Shown in pieces: positions 1 through 7,829 of a stretch of 23,429 nucleotides of DNA. Under the pieces are notes generated by a model. That model was not told the DNA's origin and made no database searches. It saw nothing but the letters and a program-made list of their open reading frames with translations. Where the stretch lies: positions 1 to 23,429 of IMG/VR virus record IMGVR_UViG_3300045988_182977, one strand, 5' to 3'. The position numbers and the translations under genes were made by a program. Origin of the DNA: a virus. The number at the start of each line of letters is the position of its first letter. Within the stretch, counting starts at the first letter, position 1.

Positions 1-229
1 CACGGAGCTTTACCCACTTCTTGGGCAATTCTGCTTCTACGCAATCCTCCATGTCGACGGTCAGCTTAACATCATCGGGATATTCGGCTGCCAAGTTGCG
101 CAATTCCTGCATGCGCGACCGATTACGAGTATAGTAGGATGCTTTTTTCTCGGCATCACAAAAATTGATGACCGTCTCGCGCTCATATGCCGCATCAGAG
201 CTGATAGGCGTTTCATTGATAGGTTTCAT
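1..229 (-). CDS. Hypothetical protein, 3' end beyond window (MKPINETPISSDAAYERETVINFCDAEKKASYYTRNRSRM...)
   Basis: Open frame on minus strand from ATG at 229 with RBS AGGAGG upstream, running off the window edge. Confidence 0.65.
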   Translation of the reverse strand, partial: MKPINETPISSDAAYERETVINFCDAEKKASYYTRNRSRMQELRNLAAEYPDDVKLTVDMEDCVEAELPKKWVKLR

Positions 230-239
230 GTCTGCCTCC

Positions 240-455
240 TCAATCGATAAGAACCGCTTTTTTCGGAGCACTGTCCGGAACCAAGTTACAGGCATACGCC
301 CAGCGCGGCAGCATAACACGACCACGTACGGTTACAACAGTAAGTTCCCTTGCGGAAGGCTGTTCGAATTCGGACGGCTCTAAGGCGCTGCGTGTGAGCA
401 GGATAGCGTCGTCATCTATATCCTCAAGCATTCGTTTCAGTTCTTTGACTGTCAT
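240..455 (-). CDS. Small hypothetical protein (71 aa)
   Basis: ORF track; RBS-like GGAGG upstream; coherent with minus-strand operon. Confidence 0.6.
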   Translation of the reverse strand: MTVKELKRMLEDIDDDAILLTRSALEPSEFEQPSARELTVVTVRGRVMLPRWAYACNLVPDSAPKKAVLID

Positions 456-759
456 TAGTGGCTCCTCCCTTCAAAACAGTATCCAGCGCTTGCAAAAACA
501 ATGTTGATTCCGTATTGTAAATACCGCGTCCATTGATTGCAGTGATTTCATAGCGTTCGACAAGGAATAAGCTCTCCTCGCCAATGAATCCTTGCGGCCA
601 AGGAACGGCATAGTACGCAAACGGGCTGTTGTTAGTTGCATATCCGATAATCATATATTTCTGCTCCGGCTGTTCCCGAACAGAAAGAACAGTACCAAGC
701 GGCAAAGCATCTTTCAAAGACGGTTCCGAAGCGGCTTGTTGTGTACGAAGAATTTTCAA
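424..759 (-). CDS. Hypothetical protein (111 aa), TTG start
   Basis: ORF track; GGGGAGG upstream of TTG; follows promoter at 784-811. Confidence 0.65.
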   Translation of the reverse strand: MKILRTQQAASEPSLKDALPLGTVLSVREQPEQKYMIIGYATNNSPFAYYAVPWPQGFIGEESLFLVERYEITAINGRGIYNTESTLFLQALDTVLKGGATNDSQRTETNA

Positions 760-783
760 ATGGGTACACCTCCCCTATCTAAA

Positions 784-811
784 AGTGTACGCAACTCGCA
801 CAAATGTGCAA
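784..811 (-). promoter_or_regulatory. Sigma-A-like promoter, TTGCAC-N16-TACACT
   Basis: GTGCAA at 806-811 and AGTGTA at 784-789 on + strand; spacer TTTGTGCGAGTTGCG resembles the spacers of three other promoters in this window. Confidence 0.65.
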
Positions 812-846
812 CAAAAAAAGCGACCACCCTCGAAAGGGTGACCGCA
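812..846 (-). terminator. Rho-independent terminator
   Basis: Minus strand GCGGTCACCCTTTCGAGGGTGGTCGCTTTTTTT, strong stem and T7 tract. Confidence 0.9.
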
Positions 847-856
847 TAGTCAGATG

Positions 857-1351
857 TTATTCTTGAGCTGCGGCAACTTTGAAGTCAAAGAGCTGCTTGT
901 TGGTAGCGCAGGAAAGTGTGCTGATTTCCGAGCGGTTTTCGAAGATATCCGTTTCGGGAACCATTTTGCCATAGTTCCTGTCAACGAACACCACATGAGG
1001 AGTCGTATCGTTTTCTTTGCGAGGCGCAAGGCTGGCACCGGCATACCATTCTGTTTCGTCCTCACCCTGCTCATCATAGAGACAGATGAAAGGAGTGGGA
1101 ACATCGGGAGTCGGGAGCGTCAGCGAAGCAACCTGCATCTCATCGCTTTTGGCAGCTACGCAGATGTCAATAGGCGGGTTTCCATTGCTGTAATTCCACT
1201 TGGGGTAAGACTGAGCTTTGATGGTAGTTCCCCCGTTGTTCACTTCGATACCAAGTGCAACGATGTCAAATGTGATACCGAGCTTCTCTTTCAGCTCTTC
1301 GGGCGAGATAGTCATAATGTGACCATATTCATCTTTGATAAAAAGGTTCAT
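857..1351 (-). CDS. Hypothetical protein (164 aa)
   Basis: ORF track; RBS AGAAGGAG upstream; terminator downstream. Confidence 0.8.
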   Translation of the reverse strand: MNLFIKDEYGHIMTISPEELKEKLGITFDIVALGIEVNNGGTTIKAQSYPKWNYSNGNPPIDICVAAKSDEMQVASLTLPTPDVPTPFICLYDEQGEDETEWYAGASLAPRKENDTTPHVVFVDRNYGKMVPETDIFENRSEISTLSCATNKQLFDFKVAAAQE

Positions 1352-1432
1352 GGTTTACATCTCCTTCTTTTTGGTGGGTATTTATTATTTTTGGTGGGAT
1401 TCTTAACGAAAATAGGTTGTCTCTCATTTTCG

Positions 1433-1984
1433 TTAGTAGATGTAATCGCCGTTTTGCAGCGATTTTTGGATGTCGCGGATTTCTTCTGTGCTCAGCTTCA
1501 CATTCCCGATAGGTGTGCAGTCATTGCCGAGATAGTCGGAATCCGTTACGATGCAAGCGTAGCCGAGTTCGTTGAGCCTATAGAGAAATGCGTTCTTGAG
1601 AGACGCATCCAGAGCGGTCTTAATGAGAGAAACGCCGGGAAGGTCTGTATAAGGGTCTTTGACTATCTTCCACTCGAAAGTATCTGTGTCACAGTAGCCA
1701 GCTACATAGACATGCGGCGGAGCTTCCTGCTTCAGGTTATAGTCTTTCAAATGGTTGAGGTCTGTGGCTCGTTTCATGCTGAATGCCTCCGACAAGGCGT
1801 AATTGACTTTGCCGTTGACCATAATACAGACGATACGTCCACCATCTTCATCAAGTCCTTCAAGCCCTACAATAAGAGAATCAGAGAGTTTGAAAGTGAT
1901 GACTTTAGTATCCAGCAGCTTGCGGACAAAGATAATGGCAGTGATGATGTACTCGTCTTGACGAACATACTCTTTGAACATCAC
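1433..1984 (-). CDS. Hypothetical protein (183 aa; possible ATG start at 1981)
   Basis: ORF track; overlaps upstream CDS end. Confidence 0.75.
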   Translation of the reverse strand: MMFKEYVRQDEYIITAIIFVRKLLDTKVITFKLSDSLIVGLEGLDEDGGRIVCIMVNGKVNYALSEAFSMKRATDLNHLKDYNLKQEAPPHVYVAGYCDTDTFEWKIVKDPYTDLPGVSLIKTALDASLKNAFLYRLNELGYACIVTDSDYLGNDCTPIGNVKLSTEEIRDIQKSLQNGDYIY

Positions 1985-2238
1985 TCGACATCCTTCCTCT
2001 CGGCAAGCGCACTGCGAACCTCATCGATAGCGTTGGCAATCGTTTCGTTTTCCATCTGGGTCATCCGTTCAAACAGGTTAGACCAGTCGATGGCATTGTA
2101 GACTTTGTGGATGAAAGCGTCGTAAGTTCCGGCAGTTTTCATGGCCTCGATTTCTTCATTGTGGCAGCCGGAATCTTCCAGCACGAACTGAATGTCATCG
2201 ATGGGGTTAATCTTGATTGTTGCTTCGTCTTTGTTCAT
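1981..2238 (-). CDS. Hypothetical protein starting MNKDEATIKINP
   Basis: ATG at 2238 with RBS AAAGGAAG; ORF track extends further upstream but this start has the RBS. Confidence 0.7.
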   Translation of the reverse strand: MNKDEATIKINPIDDIQFVLEDSGCHNEEIEAMKTAGTYDAFIHKVYNAIDWSNLFERMTQMENETIANAIDEVRSALAERKDVE

Positions 2239-2266
2239 AAGGGATACTTCCTTTCTGTTTATACGC

Positions 2267-2302
2267 AAAAAGGCGAACTGCCCAAATTGGGAAGTCCGCC
2301 TA
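2267..2302 (-). terminator. Intrinsic terminator in the leader upstream of the 1981-2238 CDS
   Basis: Minus strand AGGCGGACTTCCCAATTTGGGCAGTTCGCCTTTTT, between promoter 2371-2398 and start codon 2238. Confidence 0.85.
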
Positions 2303-2370
2303 AAGCGTAATGTTAAGTGTGCGAAGGGCAGAATGCCTTTTCGATAACTGTTATCTATCGTACATTTCCC

Positions 2371-2398
2371 ATTTTATGCGATTCGCACATTCGTGCAA
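2371..2398 (-). promoter_or_regulatory. Sigma-A-like promoter A, TTGCAC-N16-TAAAAT
   Basis: Minus strand TTGCACGAATGTGCGAATCGCATAAAAT, followed by box GTACGATAGATAACA (2349-2363). Confidence 0.75.
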
Positions 2399-2437
2399 CA
2401 AAAAAATGCCGCCACCCAAAAGGATGACGGCAGATAA
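2399..2437 (-). terminator. Rho-independent terminator abutting promoter A
   Basis: Minus strand TGCCGTCATCCTTTTGGGTGGCGGCATTTTTTT. Confidence 0.88.
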
Positions 2438-2439
2438 GA

Positions 2440-2715
2440 TTAGATTTCGGCGCAGAATGCTGCAAGACGCTGCCAAAGCAAGTAGTTGCCGTAGCTCATG
2501 CGAACCTTGTCAGGTACGCCGGATACCAGATACCACTTGTGGGCAGTAGATTTGATGTGAGAGATACGCTGCTGTTCGCTGCGGGTAAACGTCTGGCTAT
2601 ACAGTCTGCGACGGCGACCACTATTCCAGCGAGAGCCTTCCATCGTCTCACAAATCAGTGCGTAGCACAAATTGTTCTGCACTTCATCGTGTGTCATTTC
2701 GACCATGACATCCAT
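2440..2715 (-). CDS. Hypothetical protein (91 aa)
   Basis: ORF track; stop immediately upstream of terminator. Confidence 0.75.
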   Translation of the reverse strand: MDVMVEMTHDEVQNNLCYALICETMEGSRWNSGRRRRLYSQTFTRSEQQRISHIKSTAHKWYLVSGVPDKVRMSYGNYLLWQRLAAFCAEI

Positions 2716-3293
2716 CAGCGAGCACCTCTCTTTTCCCGTGCGGTATGGAGCATGTCAATGGCACGCTCCAGAGAGGCATCGTCGTCAGCCAGATAGCGGA
2801 CCTGCTGGATAGAACCGAGCTTCGGGTATTCCGACAGGACGTAGGTGCCGACAGGCTGCGTCACCGTACCCTTGGCATAGTCGATAGCCATGTTGTTGGC
2901 AGGGACAGCCAGACGGCGGATGCGGTCGCATTCCTTTGCATAATTCAGCGGGCAGGCAGTTCCGATGGGAGTTTTGCCATCAATACCCGTGACAGTCACG
3001 AGGTATGCCTTGATGGTTTTCGACTCGGAAGTCTCCTGCTCGTTGTAGTATTTGTAAGCCATGTATGCCGGGGTGTTTCTCTTGATTACCTCGGATTCAC
3101 GACCCATGTAGGTGCCGCATTCGCGGGCAAACCAGAGAAATGTCTGAGGCTTGCCGGTCTTTGCAACTTCCTTTGCTGCCTGCTTGATACGCGCTTCATC
3201 GATTTTGTAATCTCGTGCGTAGTGCTTGACGGTATCCTTTACGACTGCCTTGAGGCAATCGCAAATCGCGACATTGTTATTTTCGTTTTTCAT
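2715..3293 (-). CDS. Hypothetical protein (192 aa)
   Basis: ORF track; RBS GGAGG; overlaps next gene's start. Confidence 0.8.
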   Translation of the reverse strand: MKNENNNVAICDCLKAVVKDTVKHYARDYKIDEARIKQAAKEVAKTGKPQTFLWFARECGTYMGRESEVIKRNTPAYMAYKYYNEQETSESKTIKAYLVTVTGIDGKTPIGTACPLNYAKECDRIRRLAVPANNMAIDYAKGTVTQPVGTYVLSEYPKLGSIQQVRYLADDDASLERAIDMLHTAREKRGAR

Positions 3294-3308
3294 GGGGACT
3301 CCTCCCTA

Positions 3309-4310
3309 TTAGTCCGCCATGACCTTAGAAACATTCATGTCGTAGCGGTGGTATTTGTTGATGTAATCGAAAATGGTGTTGACTTGCGCTTTGGTTGCGG
3401 TGCGAGTCTCATCCATATCGAGGAATGTATTGCCCATCGAAGGATTTCGAATTGCAATCCAGCCGCGCTTGTACAGGTAGTCGAGACCCTTGCCGCTCCA
3501 GTCATACGCCATATCGAGAACTTCATGGTCAGAAAGACCGAACGCTTCACGATTGCGCATAATGATACGACCGGCAAGAGCTGCGTGCTCACCAAACTCA
3601 CAAGCATACCAAGTGCCATCAGGAGCAATTAGCCCGTATTCGGTCAGGCTATGCTTGATGGGCATATCATTGATATAACGGCTGTAAAGATGCTGACGGC
3701 GCTCAACAGAAGACCCCTTCATATTCTCATCAATCCAGTTCGAGAGTTTTGCCCAAAAACCGGTCTTATAGAAATCAGGAGCAGACTCTTGTTCGGATAG
3801 CGGTTCGCCGTTGAATTCTGCCACAAGGTCAGGACGGTTGAGCAACCACGCACCATTGTTAAAGGCATCGGTGTAACCCGCATCGCCAATAACATAGTCC
3901 TTGATGCTGTCATAGCTATAATCGATATAATGACGCTCTACATCCTTACAAAGCGTATCATAATCGAATGACATAGCGAAACGGTCGATGTACTTGAGTG
4001 GATGCACAATCATATCCTCACGAATCTGACTGACCAGCATCTTGCGCTGAAGTTCTTCGACCTTTTGACCCAAAGGGCGCACCTTTGTGTTGTCATCGAC
4101 AAGCTCGAACTCATTGATACCAACGAGCTTCTTACGCCCTTCAATGATGTCTTGACAGACACGGCGCTTTTCTTCTTTGTCGCCGCCTTCCATGCAGGAG
4201 AATAACAATTCTTCACACTTTTTATACGGCTTGTTCATGTTCCAGAACCAGTCGCGGGCAACATTGGTGAGAAACTCACCGTCTATGGAAAAATTAAGCC
4301 GTTCACTCAT
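3309..4310 (-). CDS. Hypothetical protein (333 aa)
   Basis: Long ORF with upstream AAGGAG; coherent operon. Confidence 0.85.
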   Translation of the reverse strand: MSERLNFSIDGEFLTNVARDWFWNMNKPYKKCEELLFSCMEGGDKEEKRRVCQDIIEGRKKLVGINEFELVDDNTKVRPLGQKVEELQRKMLVSQIREDMIVHPLKYIDRFAMSFDYDTLCKDVERHYIDYSYDSIKDYVIGDAGYTDAFNNGAWLLNRPDLVAEFNGEPLSEQESAPDFYKTGFWAKLSNWIDENMKGSSVERRQHLYSRYINDMPIKHSLTEYGLIAPDGTWYACEFGEHAALAGRIIMRNREAFGLSDHEVLDMAYDWSGKGLDYLYKRGWIAIRNPSMGNTFLDMDETRTATKAQVNTIFDYINKYHRYDMNVSKVMAD

Positions 4311-4326
4311 TTAGATTTCTCCTTGT

Positions 4327-4671
4327 TTATGCTTTTTCACCAAAAACGGTAGAAAGACCGTCCAAAATGAATCTGCACTGTTCTGTCATGGTTTTGCCGG
4401 TTTCGTCTGTGCCATTCAGGTCAGGATTCGAGGAGTAGAACATTAGCCTTTCTTCCAGCTCACGAACGACGGCGCTGCGATATTCGTTATCGAACAGATG
4501 TTCGGCAATATCCTTCGTGCTTTCCACGCCTTCGTTATCGTGCCACTCATAGGGGTCGTCCATCAGACGAAAGCGGTCCAATGTATCTGCAATAGCAGAA
4601 ATACTGATATCTTTCATTATGGTTACCTCGCTTTTTTGATTTTTAGCCGTTGTCTCGATAGAATCGGTCAC
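4327..4671 (-). CDS. Hypothetical protein (114 aa; internal Met start possible)
   Basis: ORF track. Confidence 0.65.
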   Translation of the reverse strand: MTDSIETTAKNQKSEVTIMKDISISAIADTLDRFRLMDDPYEWHDNEGVESTKDIAEHLFDNEYRSAVVRELEERLMFYSSNPDLNGTDETGKTMTEQCRFILDGLSTVFGEKA

Positions 4672-5170
4672 ACTCTTCCTCAGTCAGAACTACGCCAAAA
4701 TATGCGACGCGCTTGACGGTGGTTTCCCACACGCGTAGGGTGCGTGGCATAGGCTGAACGACCCACGAATGAGAGCGCCAAAGCCCATCTTCGGAGAGAG
4801 CATAGCCCGTTGCAATGAAGCAGCGACCTCTGTTGGCATCCCAAAGATTAGCGGAATTGCAATGGCACTGACACGGTTCTCCTTTTCGCATGTGGCTGCT
4901 GCCATAGAAGAACTGACCACGGTCGAGAATTTTTTGCGCGTCCTCGTCATAAGTGGTCATGCAGACTTCATCTCCACCGAAGGTAAGAATATGGTCATGC
5001 AGTTTCTTCATTGTCTCTAAGACTTCTTTGGAGAAGCCAGATGTGCCGTGGTAGACTTGATTCTCGCCGAGCCAAGCCTTCCAGTCTTCGCTCATGGGAT
5101 TCCATTTGACAGGTGCAGGCATCTGGTTTGCGGTGAAAATGGGGTGCTTAGAACTGTTCCAGCCTTTCAT
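4643..5170 (-). CDS. Hypothetical protein (175 aa)
   Basis: ORF track; AGAGGAGG-like RBS. Confidence 0.75.
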   Translation of the reverse strand: MKGWNSSKHPIFTANQMPAPVKWNPMSEDWKAWLGENQVYHGTSGFSKEVLETMKKLHDHILTFGGDEVCMTTYDEDAQKILDRGQFFYGSSHMRKGEPCQCHCNSANLWDANRGRCFIATGYALSEDGLWRSHSWVVQPMPRTLRVWETTVKRVAYFGVVLTEEECDRFYRDNG

Positions 5171-5526
5171 GCGGCATCCTCCTCTTCTTTCAAAAGTTTA
5201 TCGATTTTGCTTTTCATGGTTTTGCGCTGCTTGCCTTGCGGCTTATAGCGGCTCATTCCTTTTGAGTCCAAAAGGGTATCGAAGGCAGCCATAAAGCGTT
5301 TCGGATAAACCTGCGTCAGAAGCGGATATAATGTGAACCACATCTCGATTCCGTCAACGAGATTCCAGTATTCCGTCCCGTAAAGAGCAGCATCGCTGTT
5401 TTCCTCTTCACGTTCCTTCTGTTCACTGAAATCATCACACGGAATCATAACGCCAAGACCGGAGAGGTAGCTGTCAAAGACCTCAACGACCTCCCAAGAC
5501 ATCTTGTGGAGCGTTTCCGCGTCCAT
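5167..5526 (-). CDS. Hypothetical protein, probable start MDAETLHKMSW
   Basis: ORF track 5167..5601; ATG at 5526 is more natural given the overlap with the upstream gene. Confidence 0.65.
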   Translation of the reverse strand: MDAETLHKMSWEVVEVFDSYLSGLGVMIPCDDFSEQKEREEENSDAALYGTEYWNLVDGIEMWFTLYPLLTQVYPKRFMAAFDTLLDSKGMSRYKPQGKQRKTMKSKIDKLLKEEEDAA

Positions 5527-5539
5527 GTCTTTGAAGTTC

Positions 5540-5749
5540 TTATACACGACGCTTGACCTCCTTGTGCTTAGAAGGCTTGACCATCTTGAGCAGAATGCCA
5601 CAGCATTTGTTCAGCGCGTAAATACTCAGGAAGAGCGTCACAACATTGGTGACATTGAAATCCTGCGCCAAAGCACTGATGCTCATAAGGATAGTCAGAA
5701 CGAAAAATGTGGTGAGGAACTTAACAATGGTATTGATTATCTTATTCAT
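5540..5749 (-). CDS. Small membrane protein (69 aa, hydrophobic segments)
   Basis: ORF track; IVKFLTTFFVLTILMSISALA and VVTLFLSIYALNKCCGILL hydrophobic stretches. Confidence 0.7.
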   Translation of the reverse strand: MNKIINTIVKFLTTFFVLTILMSISALAQDFNVTNVVTLFLSIYALNKCCGILLKMVKPSKHKEVKRRV

Positions 5750-5769
5750 GGTATTTTCCCTTCTGCTCC

Positions 5770-6117
5770 TTAGTGGAGCATATCAATGATTTTTTGTACG
5801 AGAGCATCATCCGTTACAAACTGGTTGCGTCCCATGACGCCAAGACCAATGGAGGAGCAATCCTTCATGTCGGCAGCATAGCGAACCAAGTTTTTGTCGG
5901 ACAGAGGCTGATAAATGGCTTTTTCGGTATTGACATAGACGCACTTTCCATTCAAGAGGTTTGCAATATGACCAGAACACCCCACTTTCTTGCCATTGAT
6001 GGCAATGTTGTGAAGGTCGTGAGTCAGCATCATGTCATCACTGTCTGCTTCAATAGCGGCGAGCTGATTGAGCAGTTTGCGGGACAAATAGGCACTCTTT
6101 GCCATTGTGTGATACAT
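5770..6117 (-). CDS. Hypothetical protein (115 aa)
   Basis: ORF track; RBS AAAGAAAGG. Confidence 0.7.
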   Translation of the reverse strand: MYHTMAKSAYLSRKLLNQLAAIEADSDDMMLTHDLHNIAINGKKVGCSGHIANLLNGKCVYVNTEKAIYQPLSDKNLVRYAADMKDCSSIGLGVMGRNQFVTDDALVQKIIDMLH

Positions 6118-6127
6118 CCTTTCTTTG

Positions 6128-6913
6128 TTAGAAGTATTTGTACGCTGCGTTCAGTCGCTCTCGATAGAGGTCGAGTGTCGTTAGGTTGGCGCAGTACACT
6201 TTAGAAGCAGAAATCGGTACATTGACTCCTGCTTCCATGTGGGAAAAGAACATTGTCAAACTATCTTCTACACTGTTGCTGCAAACAAGCGTTTCATATA
6301 CCGGATACGAATATCTGGCATTCATGCTGTATTTGCTCTGAAGCTCATACACCAGAAACGCAACTTGTCCTTCTGCAGAAGTGGCATCAAGCCCTGCTGT
6401 ATAGCACCAGTTGAAGAGGTCTGATTTGCGGCTGTAGGTCCACTGCAGGAGCCCATATCCGCCGTCATTTGGATTTTCTGCCGTAGTGCGAAGACCGCTC
6501 TCCATTGACATGCAACCCATTACCGCAGCAGTACCGGCTTTAGAGAGACCTGCATTGCGTAATGCGGTATAGATGGAAAGCTCATTTTCGGAGAGATTCT
6601 GCGGTACGGTATCTTCTGATTCTTCTGTGACAACCGATTCGTTCTCAACAGCCGTTTCCGCTGTCTCAACTTGTGCATCAGACTCTTCTGCTTCGGCAGC
6701 AGGAAGAAACGGTGCATTGTGAGACGGAGCGTTCGGCTCACGGAGCTCGGTTTCCAAAGGCGTGATGTACTCGATTTCTTCCACAGACTCGGTCGGCTCA
6801 ATCGGTGCTGCGTAAGTAGGAACCGAGAAAAACCAGACGATACAGCCTATGATGGTGAGAACACTGAGGACAAACGCGGTGTAGGCGATGAAAATCTTCT
6901 TCTTGTTTTCCAT
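6128..6913 (-). CDS. Membrane-anchored or secreted phage tail lysozyme-like protein
   Basis: N-terminal hydrophobic segment (IFIAYTAFVLSVLTIIGCIVWFF); C-terminal ...VMGCMSMESGLRTTAENPNDGGYGLLQWT... resembles phage_lysozyme2-type domains. Confidence 0.75.
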   Translation of the reverse strand: MENKKKIFIAYTAFVLSVLTIIGCIVWFFSVPTYAAPIEPTESVEEIEYITPLETELREPNAPSHNAPFLPAAEAEESDAQVETAETAVENESVVTEESEDTVPQNLSENELSIYTALRNAGLSKAGTAAVMGCMSMESGLRTTAENPNDGGYGLLQWTYSRKSDLFNWCYTAGLDATSAEGQVAFLVYELQSKYSMNARYSYPVYETLVCSNSVEDSLTMFFSHMEAGVNVPISASKVYCANLTTLDLYRERLNAAYKYF

Positions 6914-6996
6914 TGGTGTGATACTCCTGTCTTGACAAAAATTCCCGTCCGACAATGCCGGACGGGTTGTGACGGCTGATTTTGTTCGAAAAGGCT

Positions 6997-7194
6997 TTAC
7001 GCTTCGCGTACCACGATGCCGGTATAGCCACTGTTGGCAAGATACCGATGCGCCGCCTCATAGGCGTCGCCGAGCGTCGGGGCATCCACATACCCGATGA
7101 AATCGGAGCAGATGGTCATGCCGGAAAAACCTGGGTTACCGGCATAAATCGCAAAACGAGTGTTTTTCGGAGCAAAAAGCTTGGAAATAGACAT
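6997..7194 (-). CDS. Small hypothetical protein (MSISKLFAPKNTRFAIYAG...)
   Basis: ATG at 7194 with RBS AAGGAGG. Confidence 0.7.
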   Translation of the reverse strand: MSISKLFAPKNTRFAIYAGNPGFSGMTICSDFIGYVDAPTLGDAYEAAHRYLANSGYTGIVVREA

Positions 7195-7250
7195 AGCAGA
7201 CCTCCTTATCAGTCGCTGTTGAAATGGGTGGATGGCGGATTTCTGCAAAC

Positions 7251-7289
7251 AAAAAAGGCAGGCCCACCATAACGGTGAGTCTGCCTTTA
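7251..7289 (-). terminator. Intrinsic terminator in the leader upstream of the 6997-7194 CDS
   Basis: Minus strand AAAGGCAGACTCACCGTTATGGTGGGCCTGCCTTTTTT. Confidence 0.88.
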
Positions 7290-7365
7290 ATAAATGCAGA
7301 ATTGTGAAAAGCTGTACGTCCGAAATGTTTCGGAAAAGTAGAATGTTATCTATCGTACAACTCCC

Positions 7366-7393
7366 ATTCTACGCAACTCGCAAGAAAGTGCAA
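7366..7393 (-). promoter_or_regulatory. Sigma-A-like promoter B, TTGCAC-N16-TAGAAT
   Basis: Minus strand TTGCACTTTCTTGCGAGTTGCGTAGAAT, followed by box GTACGATAGATAACA (7344-7358). Confidence 0.75.
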
Positions 7394-7403
7394 TATTAAA
7401 TTC

Positions 7404-7826
7404 TCAGATATCGTACCACCACGGAACGGGGCGCTCTGCTTTCTGTTGCTCGACCTTTTGCCACGGAGCGTTAAATTTGCCATAGACTGTCTCGTCCAGT
7501 CGCTGTTCACATTCAGAACAAAGACCACCTATCGGCATATCCCATAAAGGAGTTGTGATGAGCTTTCCACAACAATCACAACGTACTCCTTCTTCCACTT
7601 CTACGACTTCTCGCATAAAGTTTACAGTCTCAGCATCACCCGTAAAAATCAGAGGAGGAGTTTCCAAATCCTTATCCGAGTGAGCAATTCGTGGAAGTAT
7701 ATAAGGGGTGTTAAAGTTCCAAGGAATATCTGTTTTATAGAACGCTCTGAAAAGTGTATTCTTGCTGTGAGGCAAGGACATGAGGTTAGAATAGCTTTTG
7801 TCCTCCGTCAAGTCTACTTCAGCCAT
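7404..7826 (-). CDS. Hypothetical protein with CDCC...CSEC Zn-ribbon-like motif
   Basis: ORF track (140 aa); RCDCCGKLI...GGLCSECEQ. Confidence 0.75.
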   Translation of the reverse strand: MAEVDLTEDKSYSNLMSLPHSKNTLFRAFYKTDIPWNFNTPYILPRIAHSDKDLETPPLIFTGDAETVNFMREVVEVEEGVRCDCCGKLITTPLWDMPIGGLCSECEQRLDETVYGKFNAPWQKVEQQKAERPVPWWYDI

Positions 7827-7829
7827 CGG

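Noticed and set aside
854-2101. 415-aa plus-strand ORF
   Set aside because: Antisense to two well-supported minus-strand CDSs and runs through the terminator at 812-846 side region; no RBS or recognisable domain.
2267-2302. Leader terminators as simple ends of upstream operons
   Set aside because: Considered but disfavoured: in modules A, B and C the terminator lies downstream of the promoter and box on the same strand. In module A the upstream operon already has its own terminator at 2399-2437.
2745-3632. 295-aa plus-strand ORF
   Set aside because: Shadow ORF opposite the 2715-3293 and 3309-4310 genes.
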